Part shown: positions 29,611 through 39,844 of the stretch, piece after piece
Position numbering within the stretch: the first letter of the stretch is position 1
Layout of the letters: each line of letters begins with the position of its first letter
The notes under the pieces: generated by a model
Seen by the model: the letters and a program-made list of their open reading frames with translations, nothing else
Database searches by the model: none
Told to the model about the DNA's origin: nothing
Translations under genes and position numbers: made by a program
Assembly: GCA_963664405.1 (NCBI GenBank)
Contig: OY761158.1
Coordinates: 1,184,001-1,248,000 of the forward strand
Direction of reading: 5' to 3'
Length of the DNA: 64,000 nt
Source: Thermoanaerobaculia bacterium
GTDB lineage: Bacteria; Acidobacteriota; Thermoanaerobaculia; Multivoradales; Multivoraceae

Positions 29611-31527
29611 GTGACGAAACGCCTTGGCCCTCTTGCAATACTCACGGTCTTGATCGCGGCAACCCCCGCCGCGATCGCCCAGGAAGGACGCCGCCCAAAT
29701 ATCCTCTGGCTCTCGAGCGAAGACAACGGCCCTCACCTCGGCGCCTACGGAGATCGCTTCGCGGACACGCCGAACCTCGACGCTCTGGCCAGCCGGGGCC
29801 TGCGCTATGAGGTTGCCTGGTCGAACGCACCGGTCTGTGCACCGGCCCGCACCACCATCATCACCGGTTTGTACGCCACCTCGATCGGCGCCCACCATAT
29901 GCGCAGCGAAGTGCGACTTCCAACGAGCTTCAAGCTCTTCCCCGAAATTCTTCGCGATGCCGGCTACTACACTTCGAACAACTCCAAGCTCGACTACAAC
30001 CTGGCCGAGTGGGGAGCAAACCTCGACGAAGACAAAAGCCGGCGCGTGTGGAACGAAACGTCGACGCAGGCTCACTGGCGAGCGCGCCCAGCGGGGGCGC
30101 CCTTCTTTTCCGTTTTCAACTACACCATCACCCACGAGAGTCGGATCCGAAGCCGCCCGCACGAGGCGAAGCACGACCCTGCCGGAGTCACTCTTCCGGC
30201 TTACCACCCAGACACACCGGAGGTGCGGCGCGACTGGGCCCAGTACTACGACAAGATGACCGAGATGGATGCCATGGCCGGCGCACAGCTCCGCCAGCTC
30301 GAAGAGGACGGTCTGGCCGGCGAGACGATTGTCTTCTACTGGGGCGATCACGGCATCGGTCTTCCGCGAGGCAAGCGCACGCCGCTCGACTCCGGGCTCC
30401 ACGTACCACTCCTCCTCTACATCCCGCCGGATTTCCGTCACCTCGCGCCGGAGGACTACCAACCAGGCGGCGTAACCGATCGCCTGGTCTCCTTCGTCGA
30501 CTTCGCGGCCACAGTGCTCTCGCTCGCAGGCATCGAGCCGCCCGAGCACTTTCAGGGGCTGGCCTTTGCCGGTCGCCATGAGGCGGAAGCGAGAGAGACT
30601 CTCTTCGGCTTCCGCGGACGCATGGACGAACGCCCGGATCGTGTGCGCAGCGTGCGCGACGACCGTTACATCTACGTCCGCAACTACATGCCTCATCGCC
30701 CCTACGGCGCCCACGTCGCCTACATGTTCCAGACCCCGACCACGCAGGTCTGGCACCGGCTCTACGAAGAGGGGAAGCTGCCCCCCGAGCAGGCCTTCTT
30801 CTGGGAGCCGACCAAGCCCTATGAAGAGCTCTACGATCTCGCCAGTGATCCCTACGAAGTGGAAAACCTGGCCGGCTCGCCCGAGCACGCAGCGACCCTT
30901 TCGCGGCTCAGAAAGGCCCTCGACGAACATCTCCGCGAAACGGTCGATGTCGGCTTCATTCCCGAAGCGGAGATGCTGGCACTCGCCGGAGCCGGGACGC
31001 CCTGGGATCTCGCTCGGGACTCGGCTCGCTACGACCTCGATGCCGCGATGGCAGCCGCGGACGTTGCCTGCCGCGGCAAGATGAGCGACATCGAGACCCT
31101 GCGCGGACTGCTCGGGCACGACGACGCCGTCCAGCGTTATTGGGGTGCGCTCGGCGCGCTCATTCGCGGCTCGAGTGGGGTCCTCCCCTTATCCGCCGAG
31201 CTCGTAGATCGTCTCGCCGACCCCGCCCTGTCGGTGCGCATCGTTGCTGCCGAAGCCCTGGGGCGATACGGCAAGCCCGATCATCTGCAGACGAGCCTCG
31301 AGGTTCTGATCGATGCGGCCTCGGTGGACTCCCGGCCGGTCATGGTCGCGGTGGCTGCTCTCAACTCGATCGACGCGCTCGACCAACGAGCACGACCGAT
31401 CGCCGATCGGCTTCGCCGTCTTCCCACCGACCACGACAAGATCTCAGCGAAACAGGACGACTACGTACCAAGGCTGGTCGAGCACATCCTCTCGGACTCA
31501 CGAGGCGAACAGGCTTCGCCTGAGTAG
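29611..31527 (+). CDS. Formylglycine-dependent sulfatase with C-terminal HEAT-like repeats
   Basis: Signal peptide; RPNILW; CAPAR (CxPxR); GDHG; EELYDL..DP.E; helical tail (VRIVAAEALG). Confidence 0.9.
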   Translation: MTKRLGPLAILTVLIAATPAAIAQEGRRPNILWLSSEDNGPHLGAYGDRFADTPNLDALASRGLRYEVAWSNAPVCAPARTTIITGLYATSIGAHHMRSEVRLPTSFKLFPEILRDAGYYTSNNSKLDYNLAEWGANLDEDKSRRVWNETSTQAHWRARPAGAPFFSVFNYTITHESRIRSRPHEAKHDPAGVTLPAYHPDTPEVRRDWAQYYDKMTEMDAMAGAQLRQLEEDGLAGETIVFYWGDHGIGLPRGKRTPLDSGLHVPLLLYIPPDFRHLAPEDYQPGGVTDRLVSFVDFAATVLSLAGIEPPEHFQGLAFAGRHEAEARETLFGFRGRMDERPDRVRSVRDDRYIYVRNYMPHRPYGAHVAYMFQTPTTQVWHRLYEEGKLPPEQAFFWEPTKPYEELYDLASDPYEVENLAGSPEHAATLSRLRKALDEHLRETVDVGFIPEAEMLALAGAGTPWDLARDSARYDLDAAMAAADVACRGKMSDIETLRGLLGHDDAVQRYWGALGALIRGSSGVLPLSAELVDRLADPALSVRIVAAEALGRYGKPDHLQTSLEVLIDAASVDSRPVMVAVAALNSIDALDQRARPIADRLRRLPTDHDKISAKQDDYVPRLVEHILSDSRGEQASPE

Positions 31528-31706
31528 GCTGCCGAGTTGCCCTGCACCCCTGTGTGTGTGCGACCCACCCATTCTTCTCTCGGGGCGTGGCCCCCGTTAG
31601 CGGGGAAGTCGCCTCAAGATGAGCACTTGCGGAGAGTTGGAACGCTAACTCGAGGCTCCGACCACCTCGGAAGTCGCAGTGGCTACTCCGAGCCGCTGTG
31701 ACGGTC

Positions 31707-33422
31707 TCAATCCTTCAGGGTGTAGGCCTTGTGCCAGCTCTGATCCGCGCCCGCACCCACATTGGCGATGTGCACATCCAGCAGGTAGGGCTCACCGGCG
31801 GCCTGGGCGTCCCTGCCTCGCTTCAGGGCCGCGTCCAGCTCGCTGGGGTCATGGACGTGTTGTCCATCGATGCCCTGAGCTTTGGCCAGCATCACGAAAT
31901 CGATCGCCGGGTCACCCAGAAAGGTCTCCGGGTACTTGTTCTGCTCTTTCATGCTTCCGCCCCAGGCGGCGAAGTTCACCCGAACCGTCTGGTATTGCAT
32001 GTTGTTCCAGACCACGGTCAGGATCGGCAGGCCGTAACGTGCCATGGTCCAGAACCCGGACGACGAGTACATCACCGAACCATCGCCGATGCTCAATACC
32101 ACCGGCCGTTCCGGCGTCGCCAGCTGGGCTCCGACGGCGCTGCCGACACCGTAGCCCAGGCTACCGCCGTAGGTACGCACATAGCGCCAGTCGTTGTCGC
32201 CGAATCCGAACGGCATCAAATGATCGGCCGCACGAAAATTCTCGGACACGATCATCGTATTGGGTGCCAGGCACTCGCTCATACGCTGACCGAGATAGTT
32301 GGGGTGAATGGGGTTGGCACCCGCGTGGGACGATGCACTGTCGCGCTGTTCGGCCAGACGGACTTCGGTCTGAGCGGCCAGCTCACTCCGTCGTTTCGCC
32401 AGCTGAGGCAGGTTCGCATCGGCTTCGCTCCACTGGGCATTGATGGCACTCAGCGTGTGCTTCACGTTGGACCAGATGGAGATGTCCAGGGCGAAAGTGT
32501 TGCCGAGTTGTGAAGGATCGTGGCCTATCCCGATCGTCAGCGCGTTGGGGAAGCGATCATCCGACGGGTTGGCCCGCGTATTCGCGCGATAGCCGACACA
32601 GCACACTACGTCGTAGTCCTCCGGTCGGCCATCGACCATTCCGACGAAATTCGGGTGGGCGCGTGGGAACGCCCCGTAGTCGAAGAAGCCGATCGCAACT
32701 GGCAGCGCGTAGTTCTCTGCCAGTTCCAGAATCTCCGCCTGTGCACGGGCATTCGCGACATCCGGGCCAATCAGCAACAGAGGCTTCTCGGCGTTGAGCA
32801 GCGCGTCATGAATGCGCTCGATCGTCGCGCTGTCAGGGATCTGTGCCGTCTCCAGCGCTTCACCCGGTGAAATCACGCCTTCCACATCTTTCTGACTCAG
32901 GGCCTCGCTGGTAAAGCCGAGAAACACCGGGCCGCTGGGCATGGACAATGCCTCTTTGAACGCGCGTCGCGCGGCCATGGGAATCCCCCGGGCATCACGA
33001 ACCTCCCAGCGCTGCTTGGTCACATCCTGGACGATGCTCATGTGGGAAAAGCCTGCGCTGACGCCGAGTGTATTGTGGTCGCCAAAGGATCCAGCGTCGC
33101 GCATCGCCGAGGTAACCACCATGGGGGTGCCGTCGAAATGTGCATTGAAGAGCTGACCGGAACCCTGTCGGGTACCGGCCGCCAGGTGGACGTTGACGAA
33201 CGCTGGTTTCCGTGAAGTCCTGGCGTAACCGTCGGCCGCTGACAGGACAAGAGACTCGTTCAGAAGCAGGATCGGCTGAACACCGGGTACGGTCAGAAAG
33301 GCGTCGAAAAAACCCGCTTCTGCACTCCCCGTGTTGGTGAAGGCATAGTCGACCCCCTGTGCAACCAGTTGGTGCATCAGGAGCTCGCCGCCCGTGCCCG
33401 TCACCTTCGTCCCAGTAGTCAT
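31707..33422 (-). CDS. ThDP-dependent enzyme, benzoylformate-decarboxylase-like
   Basis: NTGSAE, ADGYAR, GGSLGYG, GDGS...WNN ThDP motif. Confidence 0.85.
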   Translation of the reverse strand: MTTGTKVTGTGGELLMHQLVAQGVDYAFTNTGSAEAGFFDAFLTVPGVQPILLLNESLVLSAADGYARTSRKPAFVNVHLAAGTRQGSGQLFNAHFDGTPMVVTSAMRDAGSFGDHNTLGVSAGFSHMSIVQDVTKQRWEVRDARGIPMAARRAFKEALSMPSGPVFLGFTSEALSQKDVEGVISPGEALETAQIPDSATIERIHDALLNAEKPLLLIGPDVANARAQAEILELAENYALPVAIGFFDYGAFPRAHPNFVGMVDGRPEDYDVVCCVGYRANTRANPSDDRFPNALTIGIGHDPSQLGNTFALDISIWSNVKHTLSAINAQWSEADANLPQLAKRRSELAAQTEVRLAEQRDSASSHAGANPIHPNYLGQRMSECLAPNTMIVSENFRAADHLMPFGFGDNDWRYVRTYGGSLGYGVGSAVGAQLATPERPVVLSIGDGSVMYSSSGFWTMARYGLPILTVVWNNMQYQTVRVNFAAWGGSMKEQNKYPETFLGDPAIDFVMLAKAQGIDGQHVHDPSELDAALKRGRDAQAAGEPYLLDVHIANVGAGADQSWHKAYTLKD

Positions 33423-33474
33423 GTCTATCTCCCGTTTGCTTGGTTTGTCCTTGGTCAGGAGCTTCCTGCACCAC

Positions 33475-33641
33475 CTAGTGTCGTGTCCCGGAAATGCCTG
33501 CATAATAGATCGAGGTCATTTCGTTCGCTGCCAAGGCGCGGCGAGGCAGGCATATTGAGAAATCTGTCGACGAGGCGTAACGAAGGCAGCGAGCGAAAGG
33601 GGCCGAGCTATTGGGTAGGCACTTCTGGGACACGACACTAG
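33475..33641. mobile_element. MITE-like element, copy A (167 bp, CTAG ends)
   Basis: 27-bp terminal inverted repeat CTAGTGTCGTGTCCC(G/A)GAA(A/G)TGCCT(G/A)C; interior homologous to 49719-49884. Confidence 0.8.
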
Positions 33642-33856
33642 GCACCGGAGACCTGAGTTTATGAGGTCTCGCCCCCCTGCAGTGCCACTTTGGTGACAGT
33701 CGCTGCCGATTACCCCTGCACCGCGTACCTCTGGATGTTGCGGATCGCCCGAGATCTGCGACTCGGCTCAGTTGTTATGATCGACGCCGTCACCAAACAG
33801 AGGGCTCGCGGCAGATCCAGGCGGCGGCGGCTCGTTCGGCACGAAAGGAAACCGTT

Positions 33857-34912
33857 ATGCGCTCGCCTCATCTCTTCCGGAATGCTGTCATGATCGCGGT
33901 CGCCACCGGCCTCGCGCTCTTGGTGCCCACGGCCAGCGTGGCAGGCGATGACATCCCGAGGACCGCCTCGGGCCGGCCCGATCTCGGCGGTACGTACGAC
34001 GTCGCTACTCTGACGCCGCTCGAGCGACCCGAGAAGTACGGCGACAATCTCTACATCAGCGTGGAGGATGCAGAGAAGATCGCCGAGGAGGAGAGGATCC
34101 GCTACGACGAAAGAGCGCAGAACAGCGATCCGAATCGCGCGGCGCCTCCCGAAGGCGCCAGCGTGGGTGGCTACAACTACTTCTGGCTCGATCGCGGCGT
34201 GGACGCCTTCACTGTCGACGGCAAGTTTCGCACTTCGATCCTCCTCGACCCGAAAGACGGCCGCCGGCCGCCGCTGACGCCGGAGGGGCAGGAATACGCC
34301 GACAAGCGAGCCGAGAGTCGCGACAAGTACACAGGAGGAGCGTGGTGGATCGACCAGGAGGGCCCGGGGCCCTACGACAACATGGAGCAGCGCGGCCACC
34401 CCGAGCGCTGCATCCTCGGCTTCACCGGCACCACGCCGACCTTTCCCAGCGTTTACAACAACTTCAAGCGGATCGTTCAGACCGAGGACCACGTGATGAT
34501 CCTGGTCGAGATGGTGCATGACGCCCGCACGGTGCGGATGAGCTCGGAGGGGCGCGCCGTAGGGCACCCGCCGCCCACAGTCCGCAAGTGGCTCGGCGAC
34601 TCCATCGGCTGGTGGGAGGGCGACACTCTGGTCGTTGACACCACCAACTTCCATCCTCTGTCCTGGACCCGATACGGCACGGAGAATCCGCACGTCGTCG
34701 AGCGCTTCACCAGACTCGAAGACGGCGACCTTCTCTACCGCTTCACTGTCGAGGACAACACGATCTGGACCGCGCCCTGGACCGGCGAGTACGTCTGGCG
34801 TGCGAGTGCGGAGAAGGTCTACGAGTACGCCTGCCACGAAGGGAACTACGCACTCGGCAACATCATGCGCGGGGCCCGGATCCTGGAGCGGGATGCCTTG
34901 AAAGAGAGATAG
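33857..34912 (+). CDS. Secreted conserved hypothetical protein
   Basis: Signal peptide; PRTASGRPDL, WLGDSIGWWEGDTLVVDTTNF, YEYACHEGNY motifs of a widespread uncharacterised family. Confidence 0.8.
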   Translation: MRSPHLFRNAVMIAVATGLALLVPTASVAGDDIPRTASGRPDLGGTYDVATLTPLERPEKYGDNLYISVEDAEKIAEEERIRYDERAQNSDPNRAAPPEGASVGGYNYFWLDRGVDAFTVDGKFRTSILLDPKDGRRPPLTPEGQEYADKRAESRDKYTGGAWWIDQEGPGPYDNMEQRGHPERCILGFTGTTPTFPSVYNNFKRIVQTEDHVMILVEMVHDARTVRMSSEGRAVGHPPPTVRKWLGDSIGWWEGDTLVVDTTNFHPLSWTRYGTENPHVVERFTRLEDGDLLYRFTVEDNTIWTAPWTGEYVWRASAEKVYEYACHEGNYALGNIMRGARILERDALKER

Positions 34913-34926
34913 AGACGAGGCCCCCC

Positions 34927-37053
34927 TCAGCTCGAGGTCAGGGTGCCAAAGCCACCGCCTTCGCCGGCGAGCTTCTCGAGCAGCGGCGCCGGGCGCCAGT
35001 GATCACCTAACTCATCGGCGTACCGGTTCATATCGGCAACGATCGTGGCCAGGCCCTGTTGCTCAGCCCAGTGCATCGGCCCCCCGCGGTACTTCGGGAA
35101 TCCGTAGCCATAGCAGTACACGATGTCGATATCGGAGGACCGCAGCGCAATGCCGTCGTCGAGCAGCTGAACACCAATGTTGACCAAGGGATAGAGACAA
35201 CGTTTGAGGACCTCATCGTCTGCGACTTCGCGCCTCTCTACCCCGAGCTCGGCTGCGGTCTCGCGGATGATGTCCTCGACCTCCGGATCGGGCGTGGCCG
35301 CTCGACGCTCGTCGTAGATGTAGTAGCCACGTCCGGATTTCTGGCCGAATCGGTCTTTTTCGCACAGCTTGAACGACACCATTGAGGTGCGGGGCGCATC
35401 GTCCAAGGTGCCGCCACCGAGCTTGTGGGCGCGCCAATAGAGGTCGAGCCCTACCAGGTCGCCCATGCGGAACGGACCCATGTTGAGGCCAAAGTCGTAG
35501 ATGACCTGGTCGACTTGCCACGGGCTTGCACCACTCAGGATCAACTCCTGCGCCTCCTCCATGTAGCCCTGGATCATCCGATTGCCGATAAATCCCGGTG
35601 CGTTTTTCGACAGAACGGCGGCCTTGTCCAAGCTCTTGCCGAGCGTCATCGCTGTCGCAACGGTCGCCTTGTCGGTCTTGTCGCCTCGAACCACTTCGAG
35701 CAGGCGCATGACATTCGCCGGACTGAAAAAGTGCATCCCCACGACCTTTTCCGGGCGCCTGGTCACTGCCGCCATCTGATCGATGTCGAGCCCCGAGGTG
35801 TTGCTCGCGAGGATGGCGCCGTCCTTCATCGTTGCGTCGAGTTTTTCGAACACTTGCTTCTTGACGTCGATACTTTCGAAAACGGCTTCGACAACGACGT
35901 CGGCACTACCCACTTCGGCATAGTCGAGCGTTCCCGAGATCAACCCAATTCGGGCGTCCATATCTTCCTGTGCAAGACGACCACGCTTCACCTGACTCGC
36001 GTAGTTCCTCTCGATCGTTCCGAGCCCTCGCTCCAACGCCGATCGATCCACCTCGAGAATCTTGACCGGGATGCCGACATTGGCGAAGCACATCGCGATG
36101 CCTCCGCCCATCAGGCCACCGCCGACTGTTGCCGCGGACGCGATGTCTTTGACCGGCGTTTCGCGCGGAATGTCGGGGATCTTTCGAGCCAGGCGTTCGG
36201 CGAAGAACACATGAACCATGGCTGCGCGCTGCGGGTTTTGTTGACAGGCGATCAGGCGCTCATGTTCGATGCTCATTCCTTCGTCGAACGAATCCGACAT
36301 CACGGCCGCGCGGATACACTCCAGTGTCTGCCTGCCATTGAATTGGCCGCGCATGCGCTTCTCGACGAAAGCCTCACCCTGCTCGAAGATCTCCGGGTGC
36401 TTTCGATCCTCCAGGGTCCGCTCATCCATGTCGCGGATCCGGCGCGGCGGAGCGCCGTCTCGAACAAGCTGCCTTGCGTAGCCAATAGCGCCCTGGACGA
36501 AGTCTTCGTCTTCAATGAGCGCGTCGACGATGCCGAGCTCGAGCGCATCTTCGGTAGCGAATGGGTCTCCGGTCAGGATCGGCATCAGGGCATTCCCCGC
36601 GCCGATCAAGCGAGGCAGTCGTTGGGTACCCCCGCCACCGGGCAAGATCCCGAGCTTGATCTCCGGCAGTCCGACCTCCGCACCCGGCTTGATCACGCGG
36701 TAATGGCACATCAGCGCGTGCTCCAAACCTCCGCCGAACGCAGTCCCGTTGATTGCGGCGATAACCGGCTTAGGGCTGGACTCCATCCAGGCACCCGCGG
36801 TCTTGCTCGGCTTCGGTAGGTCCGCGGGCAGCGACTTGCCGAAGTTTCTGATGTCCGCCCCGGCTATGAACGCACGGCCCTTCCCAGTGATCACAATGGC
36901 GGTGATGTCATCGTCGTCGATGGCCCTCTCGAGGTGCATCGACAGCCAATAGGTGACACCGGTACTGAGAGGGTTGACCGGCGGGTTGTCGATGGTCAGG
37001 AGTGCGATCTCTCCCTGCTTTTCGTAGTGAACGGTTCCAATCAGATCTGCCAT
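34927..37053 (-). CDS. Enoyl-CoA hydratase / 3-hydroxyacyl-CoA dehydrogenase (FadB/FadJ-like)
   Basis: FIAGADI, GGGLE, PGGGGTQRLPR, GGGLMGGGI, SNTS, GMHFFSP, PGFIGNR. Confidence 0.93.
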   Translation of the reverse strand: MADLIGTVHYEKQGEIALLTIDNPPVNPLSTGVTYWLSMHLERAIDDDDITAIVITGKGRAFIAGADIRNFGKSLPADLPKPSKTAGAWMESSPKPVIAAINGTAFGGGLEHALMCHYRVIKPGAEVGLPEIKLGILPGGGGTQRLPRLIGAGNALMPILTGDPFATEDALELGIVDALIEDEDFVQGAIGYARQLVRDGAPPRRIRDMDERTLEDRKHPEIFEQGEAFVEKRMRGQFNGRQTLECIRAAVMSDSFDEGMSIEHERLIACQQNPQRAAMVHVFFAERLARKIPDIPRETPVKDIASAATVGGGLMGGGIAMCFANVGIPVKILEVDRSALERGLGTIERNYASQVKRGRLAQEDMDARIGLISGTLDYAEVGSADVVVEAVFESIDVKKQVFEKLDATMKDGAILASNTSGLDIDQMAAVTRRPEKVVGMHFFSPANVMRLLEVVRGDKTDKATVATAMTLGKSLDKAAVLSKNAPGFIGNRMIQGYMEEAQELILSGASPWQVDQVIYDFGLNMGPFRMGDLVGLDLYWRAHKLGGGTLDDAPRTSMVSFKLCEKDRFGQKSGRGYYIYDERRAATPDPEVEDIIRETAAELGVERREVADDEVLKRCLYPLVNIGVQLLDDGIALRSSDIDIVYCYGYGFPKYRGGPMHWAEQQGLATIVADMNRYADELGDHWRPAPLLEKLAGEGGGFGTLTSS

Positions 37054-37117
37054 CGTTGAGCCCCTCTTGAAATTCCGGCCGAAGGTTGTCGAAACCCCAC
37101 ATCATTTTCCTCGGCTC

Positions 37118-37882
37118 TCAGTGGTTCCACCACGCCTGATCAGAAAACGATCGCATGTCGAGCTCATGAGTCCAGACCGATCGATGTTGTTTGGCGATGT
37201 GGAAATAGGTGTCGGCTATCTTGGCAGGGAGCATCAGTCCGTCATGCTCCATGCCGCGTGATTCTCTCAGCTGCTGATACTTCTCCGGCCCAAGCATTTT
37301 TCCCAAGGTGTCGGGAGCATCGACAGCGCCGTCAATAAGGATATGGGCGACATGGATACCCTTGGGCGCGAATTGCGCGTTGAGGGTCTGGCAGAGCATG
37401 CGTCGGCCGGCCATCGCGGCCGCATGAGAGTGTTGACCAGCGTTACCGCGCATCGCCGCCGTAGCGGAGGTAACGAGGAGGGTGCCATGACCGCGCGCTT
37501 CCATCAGGGGGCACACCACCGACGCTAAACGGAACAATCCGAAGGTCGCCATGCGCCAGCCCAGCTCGAAAGCTTTGTAGCTGGTGTCTGCCAGCGGCCG
37601 GTTTCCGATTTGGGCCCCCAGGTTGTAAACGGCGACCTCAACGGGACCAATGTCCGCCTCGACCGCGGCCACGCGATCTTCGATGCTGTTCTCTTTGACC
37701 GCATTGAGCAAATAGCCTGAAGCTGAGCCCCCGTCGCTCTCGATCTCTGCGATCAACATCTTCAAGCCATCTTCGTTGCTTCGCCGACACAAAGCGGCAT
37801 GATACCCCTCTCGGGCAAAGCGTTTTCCGACATTGCCACCGATACCGGCTCCGGCACCCATAACCAAACAAACTGGTTTCAT
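37118..37882 (-). CDS. Atypical short-chain dehydrogenase/reductase
   Basis: GAGAGIG, YNLG, TSATAA.RG, IHVAHILIDG; lacks YxxxK. Confidence 0.85.
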   Translation of the reverse strand: MKPVCLVMGAGAGIGGNVGKRFAREGYHAALCRRSNEDGLKMLIAEIESDGGSASGYLLNAVKENSIEDRVAAVEADIGPVEVAVYNLGAQIGNRPLADTSYKAFELGWRMATFGLFRLASVVCPLMEARGHGTLLVTSATAAMRGNAGQHSHAAAMAGRRMLCQTLNAQFAPKGIHVAHILIDGAVDAPDTLGKMLGPEKYQQLRESRGMEHDGLMLPAKIADTYFHIAKQHRSVWTHELDMRSFSDQAWWNH

Positions 37883-37912
37883 CCTCGTACTCCTCGACGG
37901 TCGATGTCAACT

Positions 37913-38521
37913 CTACTTGCTTTGAGCCCGCGCCAGTGCCGGACGGCTATAGCAAGCTTGCGACCAGCGCTACACGTTGGCAAATGCCGAGTAATCGAAC
38001 TCGGCGGCACCCAGCAGAAGCATGACGGCGGCCAAGTTGAGATCGGCAACACTGAAGCTCTCGCCTACCAGCCAATCGCGGCCGGCCAGCGAAGCGTCGA
38101 GTACTTTCAGCGGTCGCAGCAGTCCCTTGGCTGCGCGCTCGATCACGCCAGCGTCTCGCTTTTCCTCGGGTGTAAACACTTTCTGGATGACGAGTTGGAG
38201 CTGTAGGGGCTCGATCTCACTGATCCCCCACACGCTCCACTGCCAGGTTCGGGCTTCTGCCTGAGCATCCCGAGGATACAGTGGGCCGCCGTAGGTCTTT
38301 GTCAGATACAAATTGATCGCCATCGACTCAAAAAGCTTCAGATCGCCGTCTACCAGCGCTGGGACCCTTCCATTGGGATTCACCTCCAGATACTCGGCAG
38401 CTTTCGTGTCACCGCGGAAGTTGGTCTGCACATGCTCGTAGTCGATGCCGACTTCTTCCATCGCCCAGATCGAGCGAAGCGCTCGCGACGTTGAGATTCC
38501 ATATAGCTTAGGCTTCGCCAT
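37913..38521 (-). pseudogene. Glutathione S-transferase interrupted by an in-frame TAG 19 codons before its natural end
   Basis: NPNGRVP, ESMAI, FSVADL; past TAG 37970-37972 the frame continues RWSQACYSRPALARAQSK*, a typical GST terminal helix. Confidence 0.8.
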
Positions 38522-38582
38522 CACTTGCCCTCGGTTTTGGTGTTCTGCGTTATGCGGTCGATCTTCTGTTTACTCGAGCCCT

Positions 38583-38621
38583 ACGCTAGTAGTTGACACT
38601 CCAGGTGTCAATATCTAGACT
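38583..38621. promoter_or_regulatory. Symmetric divergent sigma70 promoter pair overlapping the palindrome TTGACAC-N5-GTGTCAA
   Basis: + strand TTGACA(38593)-17 bp-TAGACT(38616); - strand TTGACA(38611)-17 bp-TAGCGT(38588). Confidence 0.8.
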
Positions 38622-38627
38622 CGAGCC

Positions 38628-39395
38628 ATGACTGCTTCCATCGCTCGCCCCAACCCCGAACGTCGGGTAGCGATCGTCACCGATGCCACCATGCACTTGG
38701 GTCCCGACCTGGCGCGAGTGCTCGCCCAACGCGGCCACGATCTGGTCCTCGGTGAGGCGGCCGATGGCCTCGCGGAGGAGGTCCGGGAGCTCGGCGCCGC
38801 GGTGGAGACGGTCGACGGGGTCGCCGACCTCACCCAGCCGCAGGCAGTTCAATCCCTGGTCGAGCGTGCACTCAGTCGCTTCGGCCGTCTCGATGCCGCG
38901 TGCATCCGCACCGGAAAGATCATTGGAGGGGACTTCCTCGACGCAACGTTGGATGAGCTCCGAGAGCTTTCGAGCGAAAACCTGGAATCGGTATTTCACG
39001 CACTCAAAGCCCTACTACCTCCGATGATCGAAGCGAAAGCCGGGCAGGTCGTGATCGTTACCAGTGCGTCCGGCGCGCGGGCCGTACCCCAAGCGGCCCT
39101 CTATAGCGCGACGAGAGCAGGCGCAAACATGATGGTTCGCAACGCCGCCCTGTCGGTGGCGAAATACGGAGTCACGGTCAACGCGCTTGGCACGAACTTT
39201 CTCGACTACCCAGGATTCGTTCGCGCAAGCGGGGCGGCAGACCCCGACATCCGACGGAAGATCGAATCACGGATTCCGCTCGGCCGCCTCGGTCATCCAA
39301 GCGAGGTGGGCCACTTTTGCGCCGGCCTCCTCGATGGAACAAACCGATTTCAAACCGGCCTTTTCTTTCCCATGAGCGGGGGATGGAACGACTGA
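38628..39395 (+). CDS. hheG: Halohydrin dehalogenase, G-type-like (SDR fold)
   Basis: Catalytic S-x12-Y-x3-R; T-x4-H-x-G in place of the NAD Gly motif; GTNFLDYPGF and GLLDGTNRFQTG match my recollection of HheG. Confidence 0.8.
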   Translation: MTASIARPNPERRVAIVTDATMHLGPDLARVLAQRGHDLVLGEAADGLAEEVRELGAAVETVDGVADLTQPQAVQSLVERALSRFGRLDAACIRTGKIIGGDFLDATLDELRELSSENLESVFHALKALLPPMIEAKAGQVVIVTSASGARAVPQAALYSATRAGANMMVRNAALSVAKYGVTVNALGTNFLDYPGFVRASGAADPDIRRKIESRIPLGRLGHPSEVGHFCAGLLDGTNRFQTGLFFPMSGGWND

Positions 39396-39434
39396 CTCGG
39401 GGAACGGATCGTCCACTCTGAGAGCGGCGAAACG

Positions 39435-39740
39435 TCAGTGCATCTCACCCCAGCTCATCGATAGGACGCGGCTGATCTGACAGAGGGGACGGCCGCTCTC
39501 CTCCATCCAGGCATTGAACGCCTGCTGAACCGCCAACCGGTCTCGCTTCCCCGTCGGTTTCTTGGCCACCAGGCCCTGATCGACAAGACAGCCGACCACA
39601 TCCGGTCGAAGCATGAAGGTGTCCTTGCCCATCTCACGGAGGAACATCGGGCCGGTCTCGCCTCCGAGCCGTTGGCCTTCTTTGTTCAGAAGATCCCAGA
39701 GCGAAACGATGTCTGTCGACGGCCAGTCGGCGAGCCCACG
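39435..39740 (-). pseudogene. 3' half of a DNA-3-methyladenine glycosylase I-family protein
   Basis: LADWP..DIVSLW..L..EGQRLGG.TG..FLR.MGKDTF...AFNAW..ESGRP..QISR; N-terminal half absent. Confidence 0.7.
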
Positions 39741-39844
39741 AGGACGGTCAACGGCCTCGCGGCCTGGTTCACAGCCTGGAGAAGACCACATGGACATCCA
39801 GCCTGCGAGCCACGGGTCGTGAGCGCTTCGAGTATGCTCTCGTC

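Noticed and set aside
33475-33641. Structured element upstream of a ThDP enzyme considered as a TPP riboswitch
   Set aside because: No CTGAGA/ACCTG TPP core; it has TIRs and a homolog in the opposite relative orientation before an unrelated gene
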